Source: Ructibacterium sp. (GTDB lineage Bacteria; Bacillota; Clostridia; Monoglobales; Monoglobaceae). Taken from it: 64,000 bases of DNA. The DNA lies in assembly GCA_045542095.1 (NCBI GenBank), contig JAZQKJ010000024.1, positions 11,254-75,253 on the forward strand. Direction: 5' to 3'. The notes under the pieces are model-generated. The model saw only the letters and a list, made by a program, of their open reading frames with translations, made no database searches and was not told where the DNA came from. The first letter of the stretch is position 1. Each line of letters opens with the position of its first letter. A program made the translations under genes and the position numbers. This document shows, piece by piece, positions 1 to 9,380 of this stretch.

Positions 1-518
1 TTTCTGTCGAACTCACCCTTTGGAAGTTCGTCTTCTATACACTCTGAAAAAGCGATGCCAATAGTATATCCGTCAAAATCATCTAAAAATCTGTCATAGT
101 AGCCACCGCCGTAGCCCATACGATAGCCCTCTTTGTCAAAGGCAACTCCGGGTACAATAATAAGGCGGATTTCGTCTTTTGGTATTTCCTTTAAACCCTC
201 GTCGGGTTCAAGTATACCATAATGACCCTCTTTAAGCTGTGAAAAATCCTTTATCTCATAAACCGTCATGGTGTGGCTTTGGGTATTGCATAAAGGCACG
301 CCAACTCTTTTGCCAAGACGGAAAAGCTCATGTATCAGGATATGAGTGTCCACCTCACTTCCAAAGGATACATATACAAAAACCGTGTCTGCTTTTTTTA
401 AAGCAGGGTTTTTAAGAAGTTTCTCCGTGATTTTACGACTTTTTTCTTTTCGAATATCTTGGGATATACCATTTCTTTTTTCAATAAGCTGACGTCTCAG
501 CTCTTTTTTATCAACCAT
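1..518 (-). CDS. 5-formyltetrahydrofolate cyclo-ligase (3' end runs off the window)
   Basis: Not in the ORF track. Manual translation from the ATG at 518 gives MVDKKELRRQLIEKR...IVPGVAFDKEGYRMGYGGGYYDRF, the family signature. Overlaps the stop of the upstream DJ-1 gene. Confidence 0.9.
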   Translation of the reverse strand, partial: MVDKKELRRQLIEKRNGISQDIRKEKSRKITEKLLKNPALKKADTVFVYVSFGSEVDTHILIHELFRLGKRVGVPLCNTQSHTMTVYEIKDFSQLKEGHYGILEPDEGLKEIPKDEIRLIIVPGVAFDKEGYRMGYGGGYYDRFLDDFDGYTIGIAFSECIEDELPKGEFDR

Positions 519-1050
519 AATATTGCATCTGGGACAGGATTTCATCGCCCTTGCCCGAAATAAAGTAATTAACTATTTCTCCACCAAAATCAAGGGCTGT
601 TCCTGCACCCTTTGATGTTATAAAGTTTTCGTCCACGGCGACCCTTTTTGAAGACAGGGTTGCGCCCTTAAGATGCTCCTCAAAGCCGGGGAAACAGGTT
701 GCCTCTCTGCCCTTTAGCATATTGAGCTCACCTAAAATCATAGGTGCGGCACATATAGCACAAAGGAGCTTATTGTTCTCTTTGCAGTATTCAAGCAGAG
801 AAATAACCCTTTCGTCTTTTTGGAGATTGGTTGTTCCCGGCATACCTCCGGGGAGAATAACTCCGTCAATATCCTCTTTTGAAATACTGTCTATATCCGT
901 TTCTGTTTCAAAAACTATGCCGTGAGCACCCTTTACGGTTTTTCCCGTAACCCCCACAAGGGTAATGGGGAGATTTGCACGGCGTATTACGTCGATTGGT
1001 GCAATTGCCTCGGTTTCTTCAAAACCATCTGCCAGTAAAATATATAACAT
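511..1050 (-). CDS. DJ-1/PfpI (YajL/ThiJ-like) family protein
   Basis: LADGFEETEA, ILPGGMPGTTNL, CAICAAP (nucleophilic Cys), TSKGAGTA. Start moved to MLYILL at 1050. Confidence 0.9.
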   Translation of the reverse strand: MLYILLADGFEETEAIAPIDVIRRANLPITLVGVTGKTVKGAHGIVFETETDIDSISKEDIDGVILPGGMPGTTNLQKDERVISLLEYCKENNKLLCAICAAPMILGELNMLKGREATCFPGFEEHLKGATLSSKRVAVDENFITSKGAGTALDFGGEIVNYFISGKGDEILSQMQYYG

Positions 1051-1055
1051 GGTTC

Positions 1056-1781
1056 TTACCTGCTTTCTTTTTTTACAGTTAAAATAAATTTTGGAAGTGC
1101 TAAGCACCTTATAAATCTGCTTGGTTGTTTGCACATGCGATAAAACCATTCAAGGTTTAATTTTATGAATATATCAGGTGCTCTCTTTACAGTCCCTGCA
1201 AAGACATCCAATGCCCCGCCAATGCCCATGCAGAGATTTACCTTTAACTTACCGCGGTTTGCGGCAATCCATTTCTCCTGTTTGGGTGCACCAAGGCATA
1301 CAAACAAAAGACTTGCCCCTGAGTTATTTATCTGTTCCACAATTTCGGGGACATCCTCTTCTTTAAAGTAACCGTCATGAGTGCCTGCTATCAAAAGCCC
1401 CGGATATTTCTCTTTAAGGCTTTCTGCTGCAATCTCTGCCACTCCCGGCTTTGAGCCAAAGAGGAACACGCTCTCTCCTGTCTTTCTTATACGGTCCAAA
1501 AGTCCGCAGGCAAGGTCAAAGCCTGCAACTCTCTCGGGCACAGGGTCACCTATAATACGGGAGCCGTATACCACACCGATGCCGTCAGGAGTGCACATGT
1601 CTGCCTGGTTTAATATATTTAAAAATTCCTTATCCTCATAAGCCGCCATAACAATTTCGGGGTTTGGAGTATAAATTGCCGAAACTCCTGGGCTTTTAAC
1701 AAGCTCCTCTGCTCTGTCAAGAGCATCAGCCGCTGTGATTTTATCAATATTTACACCGAGAATATTAACTGTTTCACGCAT
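1056..1781 (-). CDS. tagA: WecB/TagA/CpsF family glycosyltransferase (N-acetylmannosaminyltransferase)
   Basis: TPNPEIV, PDGIGVV, ERVAGFDL, CLGAPKQEKW, GIGGALDVFAGTVKRAP, LEWFYR motifs. Confidence 0.9.
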   Translation of the reverse strand: MRETVNILGVNIDKITAADALDRAEELVKSPGVSAIYTPNPEIVMAAYEDKEFLNILNQADMCTPDGIGVVYGSRIIGDPVPERVAGFDLACGLLDRIRKTGESVFLFGSKPGVAEIAAESLKEKYPGLLIAGTHDGYFKEEDVPEIVEQINNSGASLLFVCLGAPKQEKWIAANRGKLKVNLCMGIGGALDVFAGTVKRAPDIFIKLNLEWFYRMCKQPSRFIRCLALPKFILTVKKESR

Positions 1782-1828
1782 ATTTCAAATAGATTCCTTT
1801 CCGGAAGGCATAAATGCATTCACTTGTT

Positions 1829-1854
1829 GTAGGGTAGGGGCTTGCTCCTACCGT
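1829..1854 (+). repeat. REP-like hairpin, class 1 (GTAG + stem + GGCTTGCT apex)
   Basis: GTAG-GGTAGG-GGCTTGCT-CCTACC-GT; related copies at 5237 and 56671. Confidence 0.75.
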
Positions 1855-2046
1855 ATCACATTATTTTAACATAATACCATGTTTTTTGCAAGAAAATCCG
1901 TGTTATAGCACTTCCTTTTTTTAAAAAAGGAAGATTGAAACAGAAATTTAACATAATTTTTTAGCTAAAAAAAGGATTTGAAGTATAAATGTCGAATAAT
2001 AAAAGGTGAAAGGATAATTTATATTTTACAGATTGGAGATAAAAAA

Positions 2047-4542
2047 ATGGCTGAAGAATTATTTGACACCTCGAAATTAAAAGTCATTCCCGTTGAAATT
2101 AACAGCGAGATGAAAAAGTCTTACATTGACTATGCCATGTCGGTTATTGTAGGCCGTGCTTTGCCTGACGTCCGTGACGGATTAAAGCCGGTACACCGCC
2201 GTATCTTATATGCTATGTATGAAGACGGCATCACCCCCGACAAGGCATATAGAAAATGTGCTACCACCGTTGGTAACGTGCTTGGTAGATATCATCCCCA
2301 TGGTGATGCGTCTGTTTACGATGCTATGGTACGTATGGCACAGGATTTCTCTTTGAGATACCCCATGGTAGATGGTCATGGTAACTTCGGTTCAATCGAC
2401 GGTGACAGTGCGGCTGCCTACCGTTACACCGAGGCGAAAATGTCCAAGCTTTCCATGCATATGCTGACGGATATCGAAAAAGAAACAGTTGAGTTTATGC
2501 CAAACTTTGACGAAAGCCGTCAGGAGCCAATCGTTCTTCCATCACGTTTTCCGCATCTTTTGGTTAACGGCTCTAACGGTATTGCCGTTGGTATGGCAAC
2601 CAATATTCCTCCCCACAATTTAGGAGAGGTAATCGACGGAATTGTGGCACTTATTGACAATCCCGATATTACAATTGACGAGCTTATGGAGTTTATCCCG
2701 GGACCTGACTTCCCAACAGGGGCACAGATTATGGGTGTCAGCGGAATTCGTGCCGCATACCATACAGGCAGAGGTAAAATCCGTGTTCGTGCAAGAGCGG
2801 AAATTCAGGATTGGAAAGAAAACCGACAGAGAATAGTTGTTACCGAAATTCCTTACGGTGTTAACAAGGCAAGACTTATCGAAAAGATTGCTGATTTAGT
2901 TCACGATAAGAGGATAGAGGGTATCTCTGACCTGCGTGATGAGTCCGACCGTGACGGTATGAGAATTGTAATTGAGCTTAAGCGTGATGCAAACGGCACA
3001 ATCATTCTCAATCAGTTATATAAATATACCCAAATGGAAGACAGCTTCAGTGTAATTATGCTGGCGCTTGTAAACCAGACCGACCCGAGAGTTCTTAATC
3101 TTAAAGAGGTTCTTGTTAACTACGTTGAATTCCAGAAGGATGTTATAATCCGCCGTACAAAATTCGACAAGAAAAAGGCAGAGGCAAGAGCCCATATTTT
3201 AGAGGGCTTGACCATTGCTCTTGATAACATTGATGAGGTTATAAGCATCATCAGGAGTAGTTACAATGATGCAAAAGACCGCTTGATGGAACGTTTTGGA
3301 TTCTCTGACCTTCAGGCACAGGCAATCCTTGATATGCGTCTTGCACGTTTGTCAGGCTTGGAGCGGGAAAAGGTTGAAAACGAGTATAACGAGATTAAGG
3401 CTTTGATTGAGCATTTAACAAAAGTTCTTGGGGATGAACAGATGGTTCTTGATATCATCAAGGAAGAAATTACCCAGATTAAAGACAAGTTCGGCGACCC
3501 AAGAAGAACCTCAATCGAGCCTGCTATTGACGATATTGATATAGAAGACCTTATCGAAGAAGAGGATAATGTAATCACCATGACTCATCAGGGTTATATC
3601 AAACGTCTTGCGGCAGATACATACAGAAGTCAGAAACGTGGCGGTAAGGGTATTATTGGTATGCAGACCAAGGAGGAAGACTTTGTTTCTTCCATGTTTG
3701 TTTCATCTACCCATGCACACATTATGTTCTTTACCAACACAGGCAGAATGTACCGTATCAAAGCCTATGAAATCCCCGAGGCAAGCAGAACTGCCAAGGG
3801 AACACCTGTTGTTAATCTTCTGGCTTTAGAGCAGGGAGAGAGAATTTCTGCAGTTATTCCTCTTAAGGAATACGAAGAGGGTAAGCACCTTATTATGTGT
3901 ACAAAGGCGGGCGTTATCAAAAAGACCGATATTATGGAATATGAGAACGCTCCAAAGGGCGGTAAAATCGCAATCCGTCTTGACGAGGGAGACGAGCTTA
4001 TCCGCGTTGCCCTTACAGACGGTACAAACGATATCTTTATCGGCTCTTACCTTGGTAAGATTATCCGCTTTAACGAAAACGACGTGCGTGACATGGGCCG
4101 TGTTTCCCGTGGTGTGCGTGCTATTAACCTTGCAAATGGTGACTATGTTGTTGGTATGTGTATCTCCAGCGGTGAGGGCAAGCTCCTGACCGTCAGCGAG
4201 AACGGTTATGGTAAGAAGACCGAGCTTTCGGAATACAAGTGCCAGACCAGAGGCGGTAAGGGTACTACCAACTATAACATAAGCGATGCTACAGGTAATG
4301 TTGTAGGAATTGATATTGTAACACCTGAGGATGACATCATTCTTATTACGTCAGAGGGCGTTATTATCCGTATGGATGCAGAGGATATCAGCACCTACGG
4401 CAGAGTTACCAAGGGTGTTCGTCTGATGCGTCTTGCAGAGGGGGTTAAAATCCTCAGCGGTGCAAGTGTTAAAAAGGAAGATTCTGAACCCGAAACTGAA
4501 ACCGTGACCGAAACCCTGACCCCTCCGACAGAGGAGAATTAG
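2047..4542 (+). CDS. gyrA: DNA gyrase subunit A
   Basis: [27 protein letters not shown] (catalytic Tyr), GyrA-box QKRGGKG, C-terminal pinwheel repeats. Start at ATG 2047 after GGAG. Confidence 0.97.
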   Translation: MAEELFDTSKLKVIPVEINSEMKKSYIDYAMSVIVGRALPDVRDGLKPVHRRILYAMYEDGITPDKAYRKCATTVGNVLGRYHPHGDASVYDAMVRMAQDFSLRYPMVDGHGNFGSIDGDSAAAYRYTEAKMSKLSMHMLTDIEKETVEFMPNFDESRQEPIVLPSRFPHLLVNGSNGIAVGMATNIPPHNLGEVIDGIVALIDNPDITIDELMEFIPGPDFPTGAQIMGVSGIRAAYHTGRGKIRVRARAEIQDWKENRQRIVVTEIPYGVNKARLIEKIADLVHDKRIEGISDLRDESDRDGMRIVIELKRDANGTIILNQLYKYTQMEDSFSVIMLALVNQTDPRVLNLKEVLVNYVEFQKDVIIRRTKFDKKKAEARAHILEGLTIALDNIDEVISIIRSSYNDAKDRLMERFGFSDLQAQAILDMRLARLSGLEREKVENEYNEIKALIEHLTKVLGDEQMVLDIIKEEITQIKDKFGDPRRTSIEPAIDDIDIEDLIEEEDNVITMTHQGYIKRLAADTYRSQKRGGKGIIGMQTKEEDFVSSMFVSSTHAHIMFFTNTGRMYRIKAYEIPEASRTAKGTPVVNLLALEQGERISAVIPLKEYEEGKHLIMCTKAGVIKKTDIMEYENAPKGGKIAIRLDEGDELIRVALTDGTNDIFIGSYLGKIIRFNENDVRDMGRVSRGVRAINLANGDYVVGMCISSGEGKLLTVSENGYGKKTELSEYKCQTRGGKGTTNYNISDATGNVVGIDIVTPEDDIILITSEGVIIRMDAEDISTYGRVTKGVRLMRLAEGVKILSGASVKKEDSEPETETVTETLTPPTEEN

Positions 4543-4562
4543 GCACAGAGGAGAACTGAGTT

Positions 4563-5213
4563 ATGAAACGGATATTAAGTATGGTAATGGTTATTTTTCT
4601 CCTTTCCGCTTGTCTTTGTTCATGCGGAAAGGAAGAAAAGACCGACTATTATATGATTGGCTACGAGGCAGTTGAGGCAGGGAACTACGAAAAGGCTCTC
4701 TCTAACTTTGAAATAGCTGCTAAAGAGGGGGATGATCAGGCGGCAAAGGCGGCAAAGATTGTGTCTTCCTATCTTGATGCCAAGGAGGCGTACGAGGTAG
4801 GCAATATTGAAAGTGCTATGAATTTTTTAAATTCAATGCCGTCGGATTACAAGTATTATGCCATTGCTGACGATGTGGATACCCTGACCCGAAAGGTGTA
4901 TGGATATGTTCCACAGGAGGCGGAGGACAGCGAAGAGGCTGATGAAGCCGAAGAAGCTCAAGAGGAAGACACCGAGGAAGCCGAGGTATCCGCTGAGGTT
5001 TCAAAGAAGAGTCAGGAGTTTACTGCCCAGCAGGCTATGGCGTATGTTTCTGCTAAGTATGGCGTTCAGGGAGATTTGGGAATGGGACTTGACCCAAGCT
5101 ATACCGAAGACGGCGAAATCTATTATGAGATTGTTGCTGATGTAGGTAAGGACGGGGAGTCGGATATTAAAACCCTGCGTATTTTCAGCGACGGTACAAT
5201 ATTGGAGAAATAG
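4563..5213 (+). CDS. Lipoprotein of unknown function (helical N-domain, acidic linker, small C-domain)
   Basis: Signal peptide with lipobox LCSC; Glu/Asp/Ala-rich linker EEAEDSEEADEAEEAQEEDTEEAE. Confidence 0.7.
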   Translation: MKRILSMVMVIFLLSACLCSCGKEEKTDYYMIGYEAVEAGNYEKALSNFEIAAKEGDDQAAKAAKIVSSYLDAKEAYEVGNIESAMNFLNSMPSDYKYYAIADDVDTLTRKVYGYVPQEAEDSEEADEAEEAQEEDTEEAEVSAEVSKKSQEFTAQQAMAYVSAKYGVQGDLGMGLDPSYTEDGEIYYEIVADVGKDGESDIKTLRIFSDGTILEK

Positions 5214-5236
5214 TAACAATGCTGTGATTTACAATC

Positions 5237-5297
5237 GTAGGGGAGGGGCTTGCTCCTCCCGCAAGCGTGGCGGAGGGAGTTATTGTGCCCCTCCCGT
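5237..5297 (+). repeat. Pair of REP-like hairpins (class 1 copy plus GCGGAGGGAG...CCCCTCCCGT)
   Basis: GTAG-GGGAGG-GGCTTGCT-CCTCCC-GC at 5237-5262; second imperfect hairpin at 5270-5297. Confidence 0.7.
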
Positions 5298-5322
5298 AAA
5301 CAAATATAGAAAGGCACATAAA

Positions 5323-6030
5323 ATGCAAAAGATTTTAAGTCGGGTACGCCGTGCCGTAGACGATTATAATATGATTGAGGACGGCGACAGAATTGCAGTA
5401 GGAGTTTCAGGGGGTAAGGACAGCCTTACCCTCCTTTTGGCTTTAAATCAATTAAAGAGGTTTTATCCCAAAAAGTTCCAGGTTATAGGACTTTCTCTTA
5501 ATATGGGTTTTGAGGGGGTCAGCTTTGATAAGGTAAAGGATATGTGCGAAGCAAAAGAGATTGAGTATCATGTCAAGGACACGGATATTGCAGAGGTAGT
5601 CTTTGATGTGAGAGACGAGAAAAATCCATGCTCGCTTTGTGCCAAGATGCGCAGGGGCGGACTTAATGATTTTGCGGTGGAGATGGGATGCAATAAGGTT
5701 GCTCTGGGACATCACAACGAGGATGTTCTGGAAACCTTCTTCTTATCCCTGTTTTATGAGGGCAGACTTAACTGTTTTTCACCACTTACATATCTTTCAA
5801 GGCGGGATATTCATGTAATTCGCCCTCTTATATATGTGCCCGAGGGTGAGATTAAAAGGATAGCCTCACACTTGGAGCTCCCCATAGTGAAAAATCCTTG
5901 TCCTATGGATGGTGTGTCCAAAAGGCAGGATATGAAAGAGTTTATTGACCAGAAAAAGAAAGAGGATAAGTTCTTTAAGACAAAAATTATGCATGCAATC
6001 CAAACGGGACTTCCCCAATGGAAAACGTGA
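5323..6030 (+). CDS. ttcA: tRNA 2-thiocytidine(32) synthetase TtcA family
   Basis: PP-loop VGVSGGKDS, CSLC, GHH, RPL, CP motifs. Start at ATG 5323; the longer ORF-track start reads through REP hairpins. Confidence 0.88.
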   Translation: MQKILSRVRRAVDDYNMIEDGDRIAVGVSGGKDSLTLLLALNQLKRFYPKKFQVIGLSLNMGFEGVSFDKVKDMCEAKEIEYHVKDTDIAEVVFDVRDEKNPCSLCAKMRRGGLNDFAVEMGCNKVALGHHNEDVLETFFLSLFYEGRLNCFSPLTYLSRRDIHVIRPLIYVPEGEIKRIASHLELPIVKNPCPMDGVSKRQDMKEFIDQKKKEDKFFKTKIMHAIQTGLPQWKT

Positions 6031-6179
6031 CGCTTGACCCTCCCCTTACACGGCAGAGCCGTGATGGATGCGCAGTACAGGTCAGCTCCGCTGACATTTT
6101 TGTAGGAGACGGCACAGCCTCTCCCTGTGGGAGAGGTGGCAACCGTAGGTTGACGGAGAGGGTTTTCTCGACGTCCCGT
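6022..6179. repeat. Composite dispersed repeat (modules C and D plus class 2 REP interrupted by a class 3 hairpin)
   Basis: The reverse complement of about 6043-6096 matches about 24098-24149; 6102-6179 is GTAGGAGACGGC...CTCGACGTCCCGT with an internal insert. Confidence 0.8.
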
Positions 6180-6205
6180 TAAAATTCATATAAGGACTGA
6201 AAACA

Positions 6206-6964
6206 ATGAAAACATCCGTGATTTTAAGTTTAGCTTTAAACGATTTAAAAAGCAGATATGCAGGCTCTCTTCTAGGGAGCCTTTGGGCGTTTATAGGGAC
6301 ATTTATGACAGTTTGCATATATTGGTTTGTCTATACCTTTGCTTTAAATGGCGGAGAGGTTGAGGGGTTTCCTTACATAGTGTGGCTTCTTACAGGGATT
6401 ATTCCCTGGTTCTTTTTTGCAGAGGCTTTTACAGGGACTGCCACCTGCTACGTGGATTACAGCTTTCTTGTAAAAAAAGTAAAATTTAAGGCGGAGCTTC
6501 TGCCCCTCATACGGGTTTTATCCGGTTTTTTTACTCATATACTATTTTTAGGAATCATATATATTCTGATAACCTGTCTTGGTGTTTTGCCAAAAGCAGG
6601 GCAGTTTAATGTTCTTATCTGGATTATAGGTGGATTTTTATTCTGTCTTGGACTTGGTAAGATTATTTCTCTGCTCTGTGTAAGATTTAAGGATGTGAAA
6701 TATGCGGCAGGGGTGATAGTTCAGTTAGGGTTCTGGATAACTCCTGTCTTCTGGAATTCTGCTGATTTGCCTGATAACATCAGGTGGGTTGCAGACTATA
6801 ATCCTGTTGCAATTTTGATTGAGGGATACAGAAACGCCCTCCTTTTTGGGGAGAGCGTTGCAGATTTTAATTTTATTATTTTCTGGATATCGGTTATTAT
6901 CCTGAATATAGCAGGATATCTTCTTACAAAAAAATTCCGTCCCGTCATTGCAGACTTTCTCTAA
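6206..6964 (+). CDS. ABC-2 type polysaccharide export permease (Wzm/TagG-like)
   Basis: DLKSRYAGSLLGSLWAF, GIIPWFFF, WITPVFW, YNPVAILIEGYRNALL; about six hydrophobic segments. Confidence 0.88.
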   Translation: MKTSVILSLALNDLKSRYAGSLLGSLWAFIGTFMTVCIYWFVYTFALNGGEVEGFPYIVWLLTGIIPWFFFAEAFTGTATCYVDYSFLVKKVKFKAELLPLIRVLSGFFTHILFLGIIYILITCLGVLPKAGQFNVLIWIIGGFLFCLGLGKIISLLCVRFKDVKYAAGVIVQLGFWITPVFWNSADLPDNIRWVADYNPVAILIEGYRNALLFGESVADFNFIIFWISVIILNIAGYLLTKKFRPVIADFL

Positions 6965-6965
6965 A

Positions 6966-7823
6966 TTATATACTCCTGAAACCCCGACCTATAATCTCGC
7001 TGCTGGTTGTGACAATAATGAATGCATGAGGGTCGATTTCCTTAATTTTATTTCTTAATTTAATTGCCTCGATTCGGCGGCAGACCGTGTGAATCATGGC
7101 TTTTTCCTGATGGGTATATTCTCCCACCACAACTCCTGTTGTTGCTCCGTGGTGGAGATTTTCTATTATATAGCTTGAGATTTTCTCACGCTCTGATGTA
7201 ATAACCACAAAGTATTTACAGGTATGGAAGCTTTCTATAACGCCGTCCACTATAAAGGCTTTTGCAAAAAGTCCTAAAAGGGAGAAAAGTCCCGTTTGCA
7301 TATTAAATACAAAAAACGAACTTGCTGCTACAATAAAATCCGTTGCAAGAAGTGCCTTTCCTACGTCTATGCTTGTATATTTCTTTAAAATAAGAGCTGC
7401 AATATCGGTGCCTCCTGATGAGGCATTACTGTTGAAAATCATTGCCGCGCCTATGGAGGTTAAAAGCATAGCATATATAAGCTCTAAAAGAGGCTGGTTG
7501 GAAAGTGGTTGTGACAGGGGAACAATTATCTCCAGTATGTACGTGATTGCAGAATATAACATACTGCAGTATACGGTTTTCAGTCCTGTCTTCTTTCCCA
7601 AGAGCAAAAAGCCCAGAACCAAAAGGACAATGTTGAGTATCCATATCCAGATTCCTGCCGAGATTGGTGTTAGCTGGGCTAAAATAGTACCGATACCTGA
7701 AACGCCCCCTGTGGCAAAACCATTGGGTATTTTAAAAAAGTATACACCAAATGCAAGCAGAATGCACCCTGCATTCATTAACAAAAAGCTTTCGATTTTC
7801 TTTCTTTTTTCACTTTTCTTCAT
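6966..7823 (-). CDS. YitT family membrane protein
   Basis: GFATGGVSGI, SSGGTDIAALI, C-terminal EIDPHAFI. Confidence 0.88.
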   Translation of the reverse strand: MKKSEKRKKIESFLLMNAGCILLAFGVYFFKIPNGFATGGVSGIGTILAQLTPISAGIWIWILNIVLLVLGFLLLGKKTGLKTVYCSMLYSAITYILEIIVPLSQPLSNQPLLELIYAMLLTSIGAAMIFNSNASSGGTDIAALILKKYTSIDVGKALLATDFIVAASSFFVFNMQTGLFSLLGLFAKAFIVDGVIESFHTCKYFVVITSEREKISSYIIENLHHGATTGVVVGEYTHQEKAMIHTVCRRIEAIKLRNKIKEIDPHAFIIVTTSSEIIGRGFRSI

Positions 7824-7838
7824 AGTTTAATCATCCTT

Positions 7839-8990
7839 TTATTCAATACAGTAGGTAAGTGCTGCAATTCTTTTGGCAGAGTTCTTTAAAGAGTCAAGCT
7901 TTGCACGTTCAAATTCAGAATGTTCTTCTAAACCCTCCACCCCCAAAGAATCCATACATGGAATATTGTTTAAAGTGACATAAGCTGCATCGCTTCCGCC
8001 ATTGTTAATTCTGACGGTGAGTTCGGGCAGACCATTCTCTTTAAAGATTTTGTTTGCTTTATTCAGTAAAGCGAAGTTCTTTTCTGCTTTGTGCATGGCA
8101 GGTCTTGAACTTATCTGCTTTACTTCACAGGTACAACCCTCGATAGTGTTTTCCTCTGCAATTTCTTTCATTCTTCTGTCAATAATATCATAATCCTTTG
8201 GTTCAGGATAACGGAGGTCTGCTACAATAGAACATTCAGCAGGAACAGAGTTACCGGCAGAGCCACCACGGATAAGTCCGCAGTTACAGGTTATCCCGTC
8301 TTTGTCTTTCATCTCTTCAAGCTTTAAGATTTTATGAGCCGCCTCGGTTATGGCACTTGCCCCATCATAGCATAATGAAGAATGAACCGCTTTTCCTGTT
8401 ATATTAAATTCGTATCTTAAAATTCCCTTTCGAATCATGGTAGATGTATGGGCAATATGAGGTTCAAGGTTTAAAAAAGCAATTGCATCCTTTGCCTTTT
8501 CACATATATAGTTTATGGTAGCTTTGCCGCTTGGGGAGCTGCCCTTTTCCTCATCGGACTGTAATAAAAGCTGAACAGGTCTTTTGTCAAAACCAATTCT
8601 GTTCAGGGCATCCATAGCAAGAAAACCTGCAACCACACCGCCCTTACAATCGCTTGCACCCGGCCCGTAAATAAAAGTGTCATCGCGGCGTGTTGGCGGT
8701 GTTCCAAAAAGCCCAACAGGGTGTACTGTATCAATATGTCCCGAAAGAGCAACAGGCTGTTCTGAACTGTCAGGATTCATGGTGATTACCACAACGTCAC
8801 CTGCCACATCCTGCTTGCAGACCTCTACTTTCCAGCCTTTTTCCTCTGCAATTTTTATGAAATATCTTCCGCATTCATCTACGCCCTCTTTATAGTCGGT
8901 GGGGCTTTCTATGTTGCAAACATCTTCCCATATATTCAGGTATTTTTCGTTTAGCTCATCAATGGTATTAAAAAGTTTTTCACAATTCAT
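7839..8990 (-). CDS. M20/M25/M40 family metallopeptidase (glutamate carboxypeptidase-like)
   Basis: SGHIDTV, GPGASDCKGG, SDEEKGS, GGSDA, HSEFE motifs. Start at ATG 8990 after AGGAG. Confidence 0.88.
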   Translation of the reverse strand: MNCEKLFNTIDELNEKYLNIWEDVCNIESPTDYKEGVDECGRYFIKIAEEKGWKVEVCKQDVAGDVVVITMNPDSSEQPVALSGHIDTVHPVGLFGTPPTRRDDTFIYGPGASDCKGGVVAGFLAMDALNRIGFDKRPVQLLLQSDEEKGSSPSGKATINYICEKAKDAIAFLNLEPHIAHTSTMIRKGILRYEFNITGKAVHSSLCYDGASAITEAAHKILKLEEMKDKDGITCNCGLIRGGSAGNSVPAECSIVADLRYPEPKDYDIIDRRMKEIAEENTIEGCTCEVKQISSRPAMHKAEKNFALLNKANKIFKENGLPELTVRINNGGSDAAYVTLNNIPCMDSLGVEGLEEHSEFERAKLDSLKNSAKRIAALTYCIE

Positions 8991-9167
8991 GGTTACCACA
9001 CTCCTACAAATAACCATTATACACTTCTTAACAATTTTTGCAATAGTCAAACTTTACAATAGCATATCTTTTAAGATGAAATAAATATAAAAAATGATAA
9101 AAAACAGATGACAATGAACATAATAAGTGTTATTATAAATGTACCAAAAGAAAAGGGAGGTTATTAT

Positions 9168-9368
9168 ATGGCTATTCGTTTAAACGAAAATAAGGAAATT
9201 GTTGAAAGCATAAAAAAGGGGCTTGCTGAAAAAGACGGCTACTGTCCTTGCCGGATTCCAAAGCTTCCCGAGTATAAATGCATGTGTGAAGAATTCAAAG
9301 CCCAGATAGCAGACCCTGATTTTGAGGGGTATTGCCATTGTATGCTCTACTATAAATCAAAGTATTAG
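9168..9368 (+). CDS. Ferredoxin:thioredoxin reductase catalytic-subunit-like protein (66 aa)
   Basis: GYCPC-x9-CMC-x15-CHCMLY matches the CPC/CPC/CHC pattern of FTR; GGGAGG RBS; adjacent to thioredoxin. Confidence 0.8.
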   Translation: MAIRLNENKEIVESIKKGLAEKDGYCPCRIPKLPEYKCMCEEFKAQIADPDFEGYCHCMLYYKSKY

Positions 9369-9380
9369 GAGGAAAATAAA

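Noticed and set aside
5224-5322. N-terminal extension of TtcA in the ORF track (MIYNRRGGACSS...)
   Set aside because: It is translated REP hairpin sequence; a better start with an RBS-like AGAAAGG lies at 5323.
9120-9136. ATAAT-N7-ATTAT, a possible Fur/PerR box upstream of the FTR-trxA pair
   Set aside because: Only 12/19 to the Fur consensus in very AT-rich DNA; not distinguishable from chance by eye.
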